Source of the DNA: Oikopleura dioica
Taxonomy: Eukaryota; Animalia; Chordata
DNA: 64,000 nt
Reading direction: 5' to 3'
Assembly (NCBI GenBank): GCA_907165135.1
Contig: OU015566.1
Span: forward strand, 10,850,001 to 10,914,000
The translations under genes and the position numbers were made by a program. Shown here piece by piece: positions 35,328 through 47,696 of this stretch. The notes under the pieces are model-generated. The model did no database searches. It was not told the DNA's origin and was given only the letters and a program-made list of their open reading frames with translations. Numbering within the stretch: the stretch's first letter is position 1; the number at the start of each line of letters is the position of its first letter.

Positions 35328-36918
35328 GGCAGCAGCGCTCTGTTTCTAAACTGGCCGGAGGCGAGTGTTTTCGTCGACTGTAAATACGGATTCTAGAAAA
35401 ATCCCGATCACAGTAGATATTTCAACTCTTCGATTTTTTCTACAAAATCGAAGGACTTTCAAGTCAATTTCGATCAGTCTGAATACTCTCTTGTTTCTTT
35501 TCTTCAAATCGAAAGAGGGATGAACGTGGAAGGGATGGAAATTCGAAGTGGCGCATCTTTCAAATTAAGGGCTGACATTGAATCTGCTCTGACTAATCTG
35601 AAACTCGAATAATGACGGAAACCAAAAAGGGATTCGCGCTGCGATTTTATCATCCCTCTCGTTTTCGACTTTCTATGTTGAATTCCAACTTTATTTCAGT
35701 CTTATTTTTACCCTAAGGATTTCTGTTTTCCTTTACGATTAAGGGTGTGGCCTTCAGAAGAGGTAAAGTAGGTAGAACTTACATAAATTTTTATCAGAAA
35801 AAGCTCAGATGCTCCTTTTAAACTATTCTATAGTTCATCAGATCAACCAATTCAATATCAGATTCTAGAGACAACCTAATTCCTAGAAAAAGTTACTTTC
35901 GATTCAAGTACAAAAATTGACTAGCAAAAGCCGCATTTTCAGACGCTTCTTCTAAATCTCTATTGAATCTTGAGACGCTAGAAATGATTAAAAACCTCAA
36001 GCTTGGCTGAATTTCTTAGAGGTACTGAAAGATTTTGCGCCAAGCATTGAGTGTGAAAAGCTCTTCCCCAACGACCCCGCCTTACTTATTTTTGATCTTC
36101 AAACGATAGAATCTACGTCAATTTGCACCCCTATGTAAATTACTTCGCCAATAGGTAGATCTAAGGAGGCGTTCGTAAATGCGAACAATAAAAATGAAGA
36201 ATTTAAACGCTTTCTAATAGAATAAATTTTCAATGTGCTCTAAGTCCCTTTCCTCTTTCTCTTTGTCCCTTCTTCCAAAAAGAAAAAATGTTGGAAATCC
36301 TACCTTTGGGTCGAAAATAATAAAAAATGTAGATATATGTAGCGGGTGTCAGCTCTAGAACGATATTAATGCTCTCATTGTGATCGTGATAACTCATGCT
36401 AGCGGTGCATCCTTATTCGTTCACTTTGGAGGACATTTGCTCCCTCCGGCGAAGTAAACATAACTGAAGTCTAGGGTGGTAGATTTGGAATACTTTCAAT
36501 TATTTTATTACCGATTAAAAATTTAGGTATCCACGAATATTCGTCAGCAATCAATGATCTCGTCGAATAATGACAGGTTCTGATTTCTATATTTGATTCC
36601 TTGTTGAAAAAAATGCACGATGTATGCTCCTTTGATCAATTCAAACGAATAATAAAATCTGCTTTATAAAAACTCATCGATTTTATAGTTAATCTATTGA
36701 TTTATTTTCCAAAAATGATAAATATAAGACTGAAAATTGAAATTTTTAGACAAGCGAAAGATACAGTCAAATCATTTTATTGGTGTCTTATCTTATTAAA
36801 ACCCTGAATCGAGCATTCTGAAAACTTTTTGAAATATTTTTATGCAAAAAAATAGTGACAACCCTAGTCCAGTGCGACCGGTAGGTTGAATGCGCGCGAT
36901 GCGCTGCGCGCTCTGCCG

Positions 36919-37007
36919 CCACGGGCCACGTATCCGCCAATAGAAAGTGGCGGTAGTTTCCTGGTAGGGTGAAAACACTTCGCGGAATGCTACCACGGAC
37001 CACGTAT
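36919..37007. promoter_or_regulatory. Duplicated 15-bp motif CCACGG(G/A)CCACGTAT with an adjacent CCAAT, in a GC-rich island upstream of the thioredoxin-like gene
   Basis: Copies at 36919-36933 and 36993-37007 differ by one base; ccaat at ~36937. A regulatory role is inferred from position only. Confidence 0.35.
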
Positions 37008-37278
37008 TCCCATACAAGACTTTGCGCCTCCTCCACCAGCGCGCCGCGCCCGCTCCAGCGCGTTAACGCCAGTGCAAATATAGACAGCTCTATTTCTGAT
37101 TAGAAATCAATTTTAAACTTTATAAGTGGCGGATAAAAATGATGAGTTGTAATTATCAAAAATACTTATTGTTAGCTAACAAAATCAGCTGAAAGTGAAT
37201 GAAAGGGAGTTTTTACGAGCTGGCTGAGATTATCCGAAAGTTTACGATTTAATCCGTGTATATTATTATTTTCTCAAA

Positions 37279-37738
37279 ATGGCAAGAACTTGGAAAGAGA
37301 TAAAAAATACAGCAGACTTTCAAAATCTCTTAGAAGACTCGCACAAGAGACCGCAAGCTGTTCTGATAACCTGTAAGCTACTAATTTATAGCTTGATTAT
37401 TCTTCATTGAAATTCTAGCGCCCTCCTGCAAGGCCTGCAAGAGATTCAAACAGAAAGACTTCCAGCCAATCGTGGATCAATTCCCGAATACAGATTGGAA
37501 TGAAGCTTGCGCTTTTGAATCCGGAATCAAGGAATTCAGCAATCCTGGAATTCTGCCAAAGTGGAATTTCTTTGTTGATGGAAAACTTGAGGTCGAATTC
37601 CCTGGAGTTGTGTGGCGGAACATAGATGATGCGGTTTGCGATTGCGAGTGGAAGAAAGGTATGAAATTGAAGGTGTCATGATTACGAAATTATTGAATTC
37701 AAGGAATCAAACGCGTCATTCGAATGGGCCAGAATTAA
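37279..37738 (+). CDS. Thioredoxin-fold protein with a CKAC motif
   Basis: MARTWKEIKNTADFQNLLEDS..AVLIT|SPSCKACKRFK..PKWNFFVDGKLEVEFPG. Intron 37373-37418 (GT-AG, phase 1). A final short exon ending at 37738 is likely; otherwise the stop is at 37681. Confidence 0.75.
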
Positions 37739-37852
37739 CGACATCAGGAAAATAGACAAATGTTTTTTCAGTGGAATAAATTTATTTGAACAGGTTTTTG
37801 CTTCCCATACAGAAAAAATAAACAGAAAAAAGAAATTTCTTGAAAGTTAAAT

Positions 37853-39861
37853 TTAAGCAGGGTAGTAGCACCATGGGACTCCACCAGTGTATGACTCAGA
37901 CCAGCAACATCCGAGGGCTTGGCATTGAGAAGAGCTAAATTAGATGCGTAATAAATCTGTCAATGTCAATTTTTGTGAGCTTACTTGATTCCCATGTATC
38001 CACAATCTCGTTTACTGCTGTCAGCTACGTTACAGCTAGATCCGCCAGCGCCGCCATCTCCGCTTTAGAAGGGTTCAATTCAAATAATTACTTTTGCTAG
38101 TCAATGCACCTGCTGGAGTGAATGCACCAGGGCTCTCCAGAAACTGAAGATGGGCACCACAAGCATCCCTTGGATTCACACTCGCCTTGTTGGGTGCCCA
38201 TTTCGCCACAATCGCGCTTGTTCGAGCAATTGCACGAGGTGCACTCGCCTCCAGGACTACCGGTAGTGGTAGATGGAAGTGTTGGTGCAGGTCTAGCAAG
38301 GTTCAAGAACAACTACATTAAAAAAACTAGTATCATAGATTTGAACCCGTCCCCGCCGCCAGAAGCAGGGTAAGAGACTGAAATGTAACTGACTGGCGAG
38401 TCTCCAGTTGGAACATTGATCTGAGCCTGTCCACCAGAGACGCGGATAGTAGGTCCAGTGCATCCACCCTCAGTTGGGTCACCCTGTCCAAGATCGCAAT
38501 ATTCGCCATCTGGCATTGAAGTAGCAATAGAGCCAGACCAATTGCTTGAGCCACCGTTGATGGCCATGAAACCCTTGTTGCCTCGGGAGAAGGCGATCTG
38601 GTTATCCCAGCCTTCAGTCCACTTGGTCACTCCAGTTCCATGGACGGAACCTCGGAACATTCCAAGGTTCTGGATGGCTCGCCATCTGTGCTCGCAGACC
38701 CAGCCGTTTTCACAGCCGTAGCCGCCATCGTAACCGTTTGGTTGCCATCCAGGTGGTCCCTCATCGGGATCGGAGAAGTAGTAGGAAGACATGACTCGTG
38801 GCTCACCGTAGTCGTGGCCCATCATGAAGGTAGTGAGGGTCTTGAGAGCCCAGGACTCCTCGAAGGTAACAACGTGTCCTCCGCCACCATGGCCTCGCTG
38901 GTTGTCGTGGTTGTTGATGAACACGACGGCGGACATGGGGCCGAGGTAGCCCCAGTCGGGACCGATGTTGGCAAGGTGCTTGAGACTGTGAGTGTTGGAA
39001 CCGACGCCCATGCAGTACTTGAATTCAGTGACTCGACCGAAGCCTGTGTACTCGTTGGCAGTGATTGGCTCGCCTCCCTGGTCGATGACCTCTTGGAAGA
39101 TGAAAGGTCGTTCTGATCCTTTGAAGCCCTCTCTGACGCTCAAGTTCTTCAATCGGCCGAAGATGACTTCCAAATCTCCTGGCCACATGTGTTTGCAAGC
39201 GTCAACTCGGAAACCAATAGCGCCCATATCGATGAACTGGTTGAGATAGTCAACAATCTTTTCTCTGACATACTCAGTGCCTTGGTTGAGATCGATGAGG
39301 TTGACCAATCGGCAGTTTCGGACCTGGTTGGCATCACCGTAGTTTTCAATGTTTCCACTGCTTGTGTAACAGTTATTATCGTTAAAATCATTTCGAGAGT
39401 ATGGAACACCGGGGAAGTCGAGGGAGTTAGCGTCGAAGTAGGTGCCAGCAGTTCCAGTGCCTGATCCGCCACCGCCACACATGTGGTTGGGGACGACATC
39501 GACGATGGTTCGGACACCAACAGCGTTACATCGTCGGACCATGTTAGCAAATCTATCATGATCTCCGGATCGGTTTCCGATTTTGTAAGAAATTGGCTAA
39601 AGCAATCAATTACTAATTGCAATCAACGAAGACTATCATTACCTGATATTTTTCCCACCATTGACCTCCGACGATTCTGTTTTCAGTAGGTGGGGAAACT
39701 TGAACGGCACCCCACTTCTTTGGTCCCAAGAATTTCTCGCACTCCTCTGCGATGGAGTCCCAACCCCACTCGAAGAGGTGGACCATACCGCTGTGACCTG
39801 GAGCATAGGCAGCCTCCCACTGGGCGGCACCTAGCCCGAAAAGTGTTAAACCAAGTTTCAT
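37853..39861 (-). CDS. Amy: Animal-type alpha-amylase (GH13) with a Pro/Thr linker and two C-terminal trefoil (P-type)-like domains
   Basis: [65 protein letters not shown]. The tail is [41 protein letters not shown]-..[28 protein letters not shown]..GVPWCYYPA*. Confidence 0.95.
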
Positions 39862-40173
39862 GTTTATCAAAAACTGAATTATTTCAAAATCTTTAAACTT
39901 TTTTTATGCAATACAGCAGTTGGCGGCTTCCCACCAGCCAGTCAGTTTATCATGAGAACAGTTATAAGATATTGAATAATTAACACGCCTGTATCTAAGT
40001 TCAGAGCTCCATGGTCCATGGACAATCATAGTTCATAATCTATGTTAATTTGGAATATTCCATGGAGCGAAAGCGTAAACAATACGATAAAAACATTATT
40101 GTCTCACGGTGCTGCCCATTCTTTTAGGATAAAGTTTTATCTTTAACATTCATCGAGTCGTAAATGTAAGAGA

Positions 40174-40764
40174 ATGGGCATTTTAAAAACTCATCATGGA
40201 CCAGTGCCTAAAACGTCTACCGTAATGACTTCTCCTGTTACAATCAGAACCCCAAAAGACTTTAAGGTTAGTTTTTAAATTAAATAAAAAAAAAACTTTT
40301 TTAAGGTCCCTACTTTTGTAACAAGGCCAGGGACAGAAATAAGCCCACACTCAGAGGAAATTCCCTTGAGACCGAAATATACAATAGAAGAATATTCAAA
40401 GCTTCAAATAGAAGTTGCTACGCTAAAGAAGTAAGATAGATTGATAATCTTTTTCGTTTATTGCATTTTTAGTGAGAAAAATTATGGACAACGGAGAGCT
40501 CGAAACACAATTATAATCCTCTCGTGTATTGTATTTATTTGTGCAGTTTTACTTGCTGTTGTTTTTGGCACCTTTGCTGGTAAATTTCACAGAGACGGAC
40601 TGGCTGTGAACGAAACAATTTATGTTATCGATGAAAATATAAATGAACTTTTGCGACTCTTGCGTCCTGTGAACGCAAAGCTTAACGACATTAAGGAAAA
40701 ACTAAATTCTACTTGTCGATTCAGCTTCGACAATGGTCAGCTTGTTTTTATTCCGAATAAATAG
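40174..40764 (+). CDS. Small single-pass (type II-like) membrane protein, 3 exons, unknown family
   Basis: MGILKTHHGPVPKT..KDFK|VPTF..TLKN|EKNYGQRRARNTIIILSCIVFICAVLLAVVFGTFAG..FIPNK*. GT-AG introns are in phase. Confidence 0.6.
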
Positions 40765-40808
40765 TAGCTCTTACCAGAGTTTTTGTAGTTGTTTATTGGT
40801 TTATCTTT

Positions 40809-43800
40809 TCAGTAAGAAAATGGCAAATCCCGCACTTGGGTTCCCCTTGCCATGCCAATTTGGGGCAAAGGACGAGTGCCATATTGTGTTTGAGAACTTT
40901 TTAGGAAAGAACAAGAAGTAAGATGGGCTCCTATCGCAGGCTCGTCAGATAGTCGCCAATTAGCAGGCTTCGAATGGTTCGAAAATGTCCATTTAAAGTC
41001 GAGGGACCAGCCCTCCTCGGTTTTCTTCCATTGGGATAAAACCATTCCACAGTCACTACAGTTAGTATGAATCTTAATTTTCGCATTTTTCGCGCTACAA
41101 AAATAGACTCTCTGACGGTAACAAGTCTTACCTCATTATATCATCAACCAGTACGCTGAGATCATAGTTTGTCGCCAGCAAACTCTTCATCGAATAACTA
41201 TCGAGATTTTTGATGATTCGTATGAGAACTTCTACCGGCATATCAGCCAAACCAATCGAAGTTCTTCTATTTCTCACTACTTTTTGTGGGCAGGGCCAAC
41301 ATTTTTTCACTAAACATTTTAAACATTTTTTTGAATTAAATGTAGAAGTACCTGTATCGTGTTTTAAATGTCCTCGATCGGGAACGAGTCTATTTCTGTA
41401 GAAGTTACAGCCATATCGATGCATGGGGCAGCGTTCAATAATTGTCCCGTATAAATTGGGAATAACCCCGTCGTGGATATTCGCCAGATGCTCGCTGATT
41501 TCATCACGTCGAAAACTGTTCAAAGTTTGAAAAGTTGGCTGTTCACAGAGAATACGTCTTTTGTTGCGAAATCCCAACTTCCTGGGCGTTCCTTTCACGC
41601 CTATGTTTCCCATGGAATAGTAGGAGTGATATAGGAAAGCTCAAAGACGGTCGCGTCTATTTTTCAAAACTTTCTTCCTTTGATCGCACCCGAAAATCAT
41701 CACCGGCCCTGATGCACTTAGCGAAGCAGGATTGAATCCGGAACTAGTCGTTGACGGTTCTCGATCACGGATCAAAATTAAAATGCCCCTTACGCAACTC
41801 CTTTGGCACGCAATTTATTAAAAAATTGCCGTTGATCCGCGGTGCCTAATCCAAGATAGGGCAGGGGCTCAGTCAGCCGAGACTTTCTACTTGGGCGGCC
41901 GAGGGCAGCTGGCTTTAATTTCAAATGCATCAGCTCTGGAAATTCCACAGTTTGGGCGCTCTCCGATCGACACGACCATCCATGGCTAAAATTCAGTTTT
42001 TGAATAAGACGGATTTTTAAGTTCTTGAAATAATGATACGTCTACCACCTCAAGTGTTATTTGAAGCTTTTAAAGTGCCACACTCTTATATAATTTCTTG
42101 ACGCTCACGAAAAAATTTCAACGTTAAAATAGTTTAAAAAGCACTTGTTTTCGGAGCAACTCACCTCCATCCAGCGTCCTCGCTCGAGCTGATTGAGCCG
42201 GCCACTTGGTCCGATGGAAGCAACTGGTTAAACAACGCTTTCACCACGTCGGCTGGGCTTGAAAACACCTTTTACATGGTCAAAAATGGAGTTCAAAGAA
42301 TTGTTATGAAGCTTTGATCCGTATTAAATCATCGTTTGACCGTCTCCTTATCTCCAAAATTGCACTGAGTTTCTGACTCGGCCTTTTCCACTTTCAAATG
42401 TTTGAAATCACGTGACACAAAGGGCTTCTAATTGATCTTACATTCAGGATGAATGACTCAAACCTTCCTTGAATATATTGCCGCAATCCGTATCTGTCTC
42501 CTTTGTGATATCTTTGATTAAGTTTTTCAGCCCGTAGACCCTTAATAAATCCAGCAGGGAGCCCTTAAATTGGATTGAACCTGTTCCTGATTGAAGAAGG
42601 AGGTTGCCAGCCCGTGATCACTTCAGAACTAGCATCAGAATCTAAACAAAATCGTCGTAAGAACAAGTTCAAATTTCAAATTATTGTTAGGGATATCCTT
42701 AAACGAAAAAACTTCAAATGAGACCCTTGAAAATAAAAATCTAAGTGCTGCACGTTGATTTAGAAAATTTTCCTAATGAGCTTCGAGTTTGGATTTTAAT
42801 TGACTCGAGAGGCTCATTTCAAGTTGAGCCAAAAACTGTTTCTAATATTTGAAAAGAAAAATCACACCCGTGATAATAAGGAAATGTTTAAAAAGGGATG
42901 ACATACGGGATGATCAAATTTGTCATTAAAAATATCTAAAGACCACGTTCACTGACGGCCGTTTTATTTTTCTAGTGGAAATTTGATGACACCTATTTAA
43001 CCGGCAAAAAGCGTCATTATGGCTTTTGAAAATTGCATTTTAGTAGTTGAGCCTTTTTCACCAAAGTAGAATTCGAGGAAAGACGGGCGAAGATCCATTC
43101 CACGACCGCGCGATTGTCAACAAATTTGTCACAGTGGGCAGAGCACTGCATCACGAATGTAATCACAATTTATTCTCAAAAAATTAATTTTTGAAATTTC
43201 ACCGGAAGTGGGTCAAAACTGCCGGTCTAGCAAATTCACCGGTCGAAAATTTTTGGGGTCCAAGTTTTTTATTAGCATCCTATTACCGGTAGGTGTCTTT
43301 CAACGCGATTTGAGGTCTGATTTTAAGTTTATACTGGTCAATAGAAAGGGATCTCTTTTTTATCTAACCATTTGATGAGGGTTTGAGACGTGATAGAGTG
43401 TTCCTTCTGCACTTGTTTTGTTGCACGGGGCAATAAATTCAAAAGGGTAAGAAAGTTTTAGACCTTTTTAAAACAACGGTGGTAACGTGCGAAATCTGAA
43501 TCATAAAAAGGCCTAACATGTCATGGTTCCATTACCGCGTCTCTAGGAAATTGAAAAACCGCGACGGCAAATTATATTTAACTTAGAATGAGCATATTCT
43601 GAGGATTTGGTTTTCAATCGGACGAAAATCGACCATTAATATTTGGACTGAATTATATCAAATTGAACGGGATCTAAAATACGTCGCTTTATATTTTAAA
43701 AATTTAAGACTGTACTTCTTTTTTCTTTAATATGAGTGAGACAAGTTGTCTCTGAAGTTTTCGTTTTCAATTTTAACTTGACTGTATAAAAACCGCAAGA

Positions 43801-46800
43801 TTGAATAAAAGCTGACGCAAATAATCACTTTCCCGCGGTTCATTTCCGCTTGCACCCGTTTCCAGTGTCTACCCATAAAGCTAATCACCTTGCCTAACTT
43901 AAAAATCGAGTTATAATGACCGTCTACGACAATTACATTAAACACTTGCAAACAAGCCCACCCGCCAAAAAATCGTTGAGCCACCGATTTCTTCCGTCGG
44001 TGAGGAGCGCGACTCACAGGGTGGACGAAGAGGGCGCGCGCGGGGAGCCGCTCATAAGCGTCGAGAGCAGTCATGATAAGCCAGTGATCCCTTTGAGGAG
44101 TAGACGAGAATCGACTTTGATTATTTTTATATTTTTAACAGGTAATTAATGATTAATGATTTTAGAGAGGGAACCTTGCGGTTTTTGACAATTATTATTG
44201 AACTACGTTTTGACAACGAAATTGTAGAGACTTCCTGAAACAAGATGAAGCTTGCCCTGTACGCATACACCTTTGCCCTCGCCAACGCCCAGCGAAAGAA
44301 AAAGAACAAGAAGAACAACCGACCAAAAGCTACCGAAGCACCTCGAGTCATCGCCCTTCCTTCTCAATCTGAACCAGGCCTAGCAGACAACCGACAGACT
44401 ATCGCCGATATGCTCCACTACCAACTGAACTACTACGGCATGAACACGGACTCTTTGGACGTCCTTAGCTCCGGTTGCTGGTGCAATTTGATCGGAAACT
44501 ACGACAAGAGAAAGGGCCAGCCAGTCGGATCGATGGACATTTCTTGCCGAGCACAGAACCATTGCTACAGATGCATTGGAATGGACTACGGCTGTGATCC
44601 CCTCAACAGTGCCTACACTGTAAGCTTCCTTTTTCTTTGATAAATTTGTGAACCACGTTTTAAGGTTGTCATCGATGCTAATTCTTACGAGCTGACATGC
44701 GAGCAGAACACGGACCCATGTGCTCTGAACGCGTGTATGTGCGATTTGGACTTGGTGAACAACCTCGTCCAAAACATCGCCGAAGAAGGCTCAAACTTAA
44801 ATGGCTTGACCGAAGCTACTGGCTTCGATACCCAAGCAAGGTGTATTCCCGGTAATAATCCAGGACCAAAGGCAGACCAGTGCTGCGGAGAATACCCGAA
44901 GCGATTCCCATTCTCCGACAACTACGGACAGCGAGGATGCTGCAGTGGTAAGACTTACAACACTAACACTTTAGAGTGCTGTGCCGGTGGTGAGATCAAA
45001 GGCATTGGATATTGTGGCGGCTACTAAGCATCAAGCTTCTATTCAACTTATTAGTAAGGAAAGAGTTCTAAAGAAAACAAATTTGCTCAATTTTCTAATT
45101 CATAATTCGCGCCAATCATTTGAGCGACCTTTTTGAACTCTCAAAGGCAGTTACATAATATTAAAAAAAATGCTTCTTCATCTCTTCATCCTCCTAAGAA
45201 AAACCTAAGAAGTCGCCTGTCAAAAACACTTGTAAAATATGTATAAATGTTCTTTTTTATATGTTCCTCAAATATGAGATCTCGCAGACTAGAAACTCAC
45301 CTAGTCTGCGAACGAAAACTTTCTTATGTTAAAAAATATCGCTGTAAGAGACAGCATCTCTTTACAATGATTGCTAAAGTGGCAATTGACATGGCGCGGC
45401 CTCGCCATGCGAATTCCACAAATATTGATGTCTACTGTATTTGTATCGAATAAAACTATATATACCTAAAATTAATGGGTATTGATGGCAAGAATAACCG
45501 TAGTAAGGCTTTCAAAAAATAATTGAGAGATGTTCATGATGAAATGAAAAGGTCGAGTTCAGAAGGAAAAAAATATTATAGATACGGAAAAAGTTTTAAT
45601 GACTTTATGATTTTCAAAAAAAGATTACCTTCATCGCTACTTTTTTCAGAATCACTGTCCATTAGCAGAAGTTGTAGCTCATTTTTTATCACACCCAGCT
45701 GCTCCTGTGATAAGGGTAATACACGTTTCTTAGCCGCGAATTCTCATTAAAAAGCCGCGGAATGTAAATAATGATAAATTTTAAGCAGCTTTGCTCTTGT
45801 TTTGGAAATATTGAAAATTATATAAGACGGAGTTAATGAAAATTTTATCTTGGATTAGGGTTTGACTTGTGGGCTAAAGTCACGTTACCCTTCCTTAATC
45901 ACAGCTGGATCTTTGGAGGAATTGCAGAGATATCGTCTGAACATTTGGCGAACAGTGGCATCGTCCCATGCATTGCCGCTCTTTTGCAAGTTTGAAAAGA
46001 TAGATTTTCGAATTTCAAGAAGTGAGTCTGCCAAACTGACCTTACGTGAAGATCTGGAGGAGGACTTGGCGGAAGTGGATGATCGGTAGGTCCGAGAGGA
46101 GGAGCGGCTAATTGCGTCGTCATCATCTACAAAAGCAAAAGTTACTGTCTGCCACTTAGAAATCTCCAGAAATCTGAAGTGGCCAAATATGCTGATATGA
46201 GAAGAAACTGTCTGCGACAGTTCTTCCTTGCAATTTGGTTCGTGCGTCTAGTCAATCTTGATCGGGTAGGGCGATAAGGGCTTATGTTTGAAGCGCCCAG
46301 CTGCGCAGAGCCTTACGTTAGCGCCATACAGTGGTGAAGTACAACATAAATAAAAGCGAGAAAAAGAATAAACAGAAAATTTAAAATGCAACAAGATTTT
46401 CAAAATCCGATGTAGCAGTTCTAATGTTACTAATTCAATCTATTTGCTTATCATCAGTTTGAATATCTGTGAAAAATTATATAAAATAATTTTTGAACAA
46501 AATGATATCTTTCCCTGTCTGGTTCAGCAATTTAATTTCAGTTTTTAAATACAGTTAATTATGGAATTTTTGGACATTTTTTGTCACAAGATTTTCGCAA
46601 AAATGTCCAAAAATTTGATACACGCTGCCAGAAAAAATGTCCCATCCAAATCGCTTAAAAAAAATTTTTTTGAGGAAAATCCTCATCATCCTCTGTTTCA
46701 TCCTTCTTCTCAAGACAAGAAATGTTCTAGGGGTACGAGATCAACCTTCAAATTTATCTTTCTCAAAGAAAAAGTAAGATTTTTGATAAGAAAAAACGTC

Positions 46801-47696
46801 ATATCTGGCAAAAAAACAGAAAATTGAAATTTCGGCGCAGAAAATGTCCAAAAATTTGATACAGGCACTTTTGAAAAGTGTCCCAAGAAAACCCCTTAAA
46901 ATTGGAAAAATGTCCAAAAATTTGATGTCCAAAAATTCTATAAAAAACTGTATTATTACCTGAACTTTCTATGTCGAATGGATTTGCATCTGTTTCAAGG
47001 CCAGTCAGTGAGACTCCATTGACTTTTTATGGATAAAATTGTACTTTTTACAATTGTCTATTTATATTTTCTATCCAAAATCATAATTTGCTTTTGTTTG
47101 TTCGGGCGCTTTCATGATCATCAGTGCAGCTTCAACTGCAGCGTCGACGAGTGCTTTCGCAATGAGCTTGTATTCATTTCTGATCTTGACAAATTTTTTC
47201 TTCGGCTGGAACTTCTGCTTTTCGAAAAATCGAAGAGGAAGAATGTTTGAGAAAACATTGTGCTGGTCGAACAGCGCGGCCGAGAGGTCGAGGTTGGAAT
47301 CGAGAATCGAATGGTTAGGAATGAATTTTCCTGGAGCTTCGTCGAGGTGGGAGACTTGAGTGCGCTTCCAAAAATGAGAACAAGGGACGTTCATGGCGGG
47401 GCAAACTCGAAGATGAATCGCCATGTGGGCGCGTTTCAAACGTCGAGGACAGCTTTTCAAGGGTTTTGAGCCTGATTTTGTTAGTAAAATAAGATTAGGG
47501 TTTTACATCATAAAATATTATTCACAACCTTGCCATAAATCGAATTTATACAGTCGACTTCTCTTTGCGAGCACAGTTCTTTCTCGTGCTCGCAAATCTT
47601 CCACCTCTCATCTTCAAGCTCGCAAAAATTGCACTTTACAATTTCTCGTTCATAATTTTCATCTTCATTACTTTCAATCTCTAGTTCTTCTTTCAT
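40809..47696 (-). CDS. FBXO30: F-box protein FBXO30/FBXO40-like; N-terminal Cys/His finger at 47.1-47.7 kb, F-box and C-terminus at 40.8-41.6 kb, middle exons unresolved
   Basis: N-terminus: CEHEKELCSQREVDCINSIYG..HMAIHLRVCPAMNVPCSHFWKR..LDLSAALFDQ. C-terminus: FRRDEISEHLANIH..RCPMHRYGCNF; F-box LADMPVEVLIRIIKNLDSYS; GMVLSQWKK..W..KWTFS. Joining the two halves into one gene is inferred from the family domain order. Confidence 0.75.
44245..45027 (+). CDS. Secreted phospholipase A2-like protein, predicted catalytically inactive, with a Cys-rich C-terminal tail
   Basis: Signal peptide; SGCWC..GQPVGSMDISCRAQNHCYRC..C..; intron 44620-44664; CALNACMCD; CCGEYPKRFP..GQRGCCSGKTY..ECCAGGEIK. Confidence 0.85.
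46552..46950. mobile_element. Non-autonomous Tc1/mariner-type DNA transposon (MITE)
   Basis: 26-bp TIRs (CAGTTAATTATGGAATTTTTGGACAT / ATGTCCAAAAATTCTATAAAAAACTG, 23/26 match), TA on both sides, internal AAAATGTCCAAAAATT sub-repeats, no transposase. Confidence 0.8.

Noticed and set aside
35400-36600. Exon-like plus-strand fragments divergent from the PKA promoter (e.g. EVLKDFAPSIECEKLFPNDPALL)
   Set aside because: May be a real multi-exon gene, but the fragments could not be joined or identified.
42960-43300. gacaccta ... taggtgtc inverted match suggesting a transposon
   Set aside because: Only 8 bp, with no target-site duplication.
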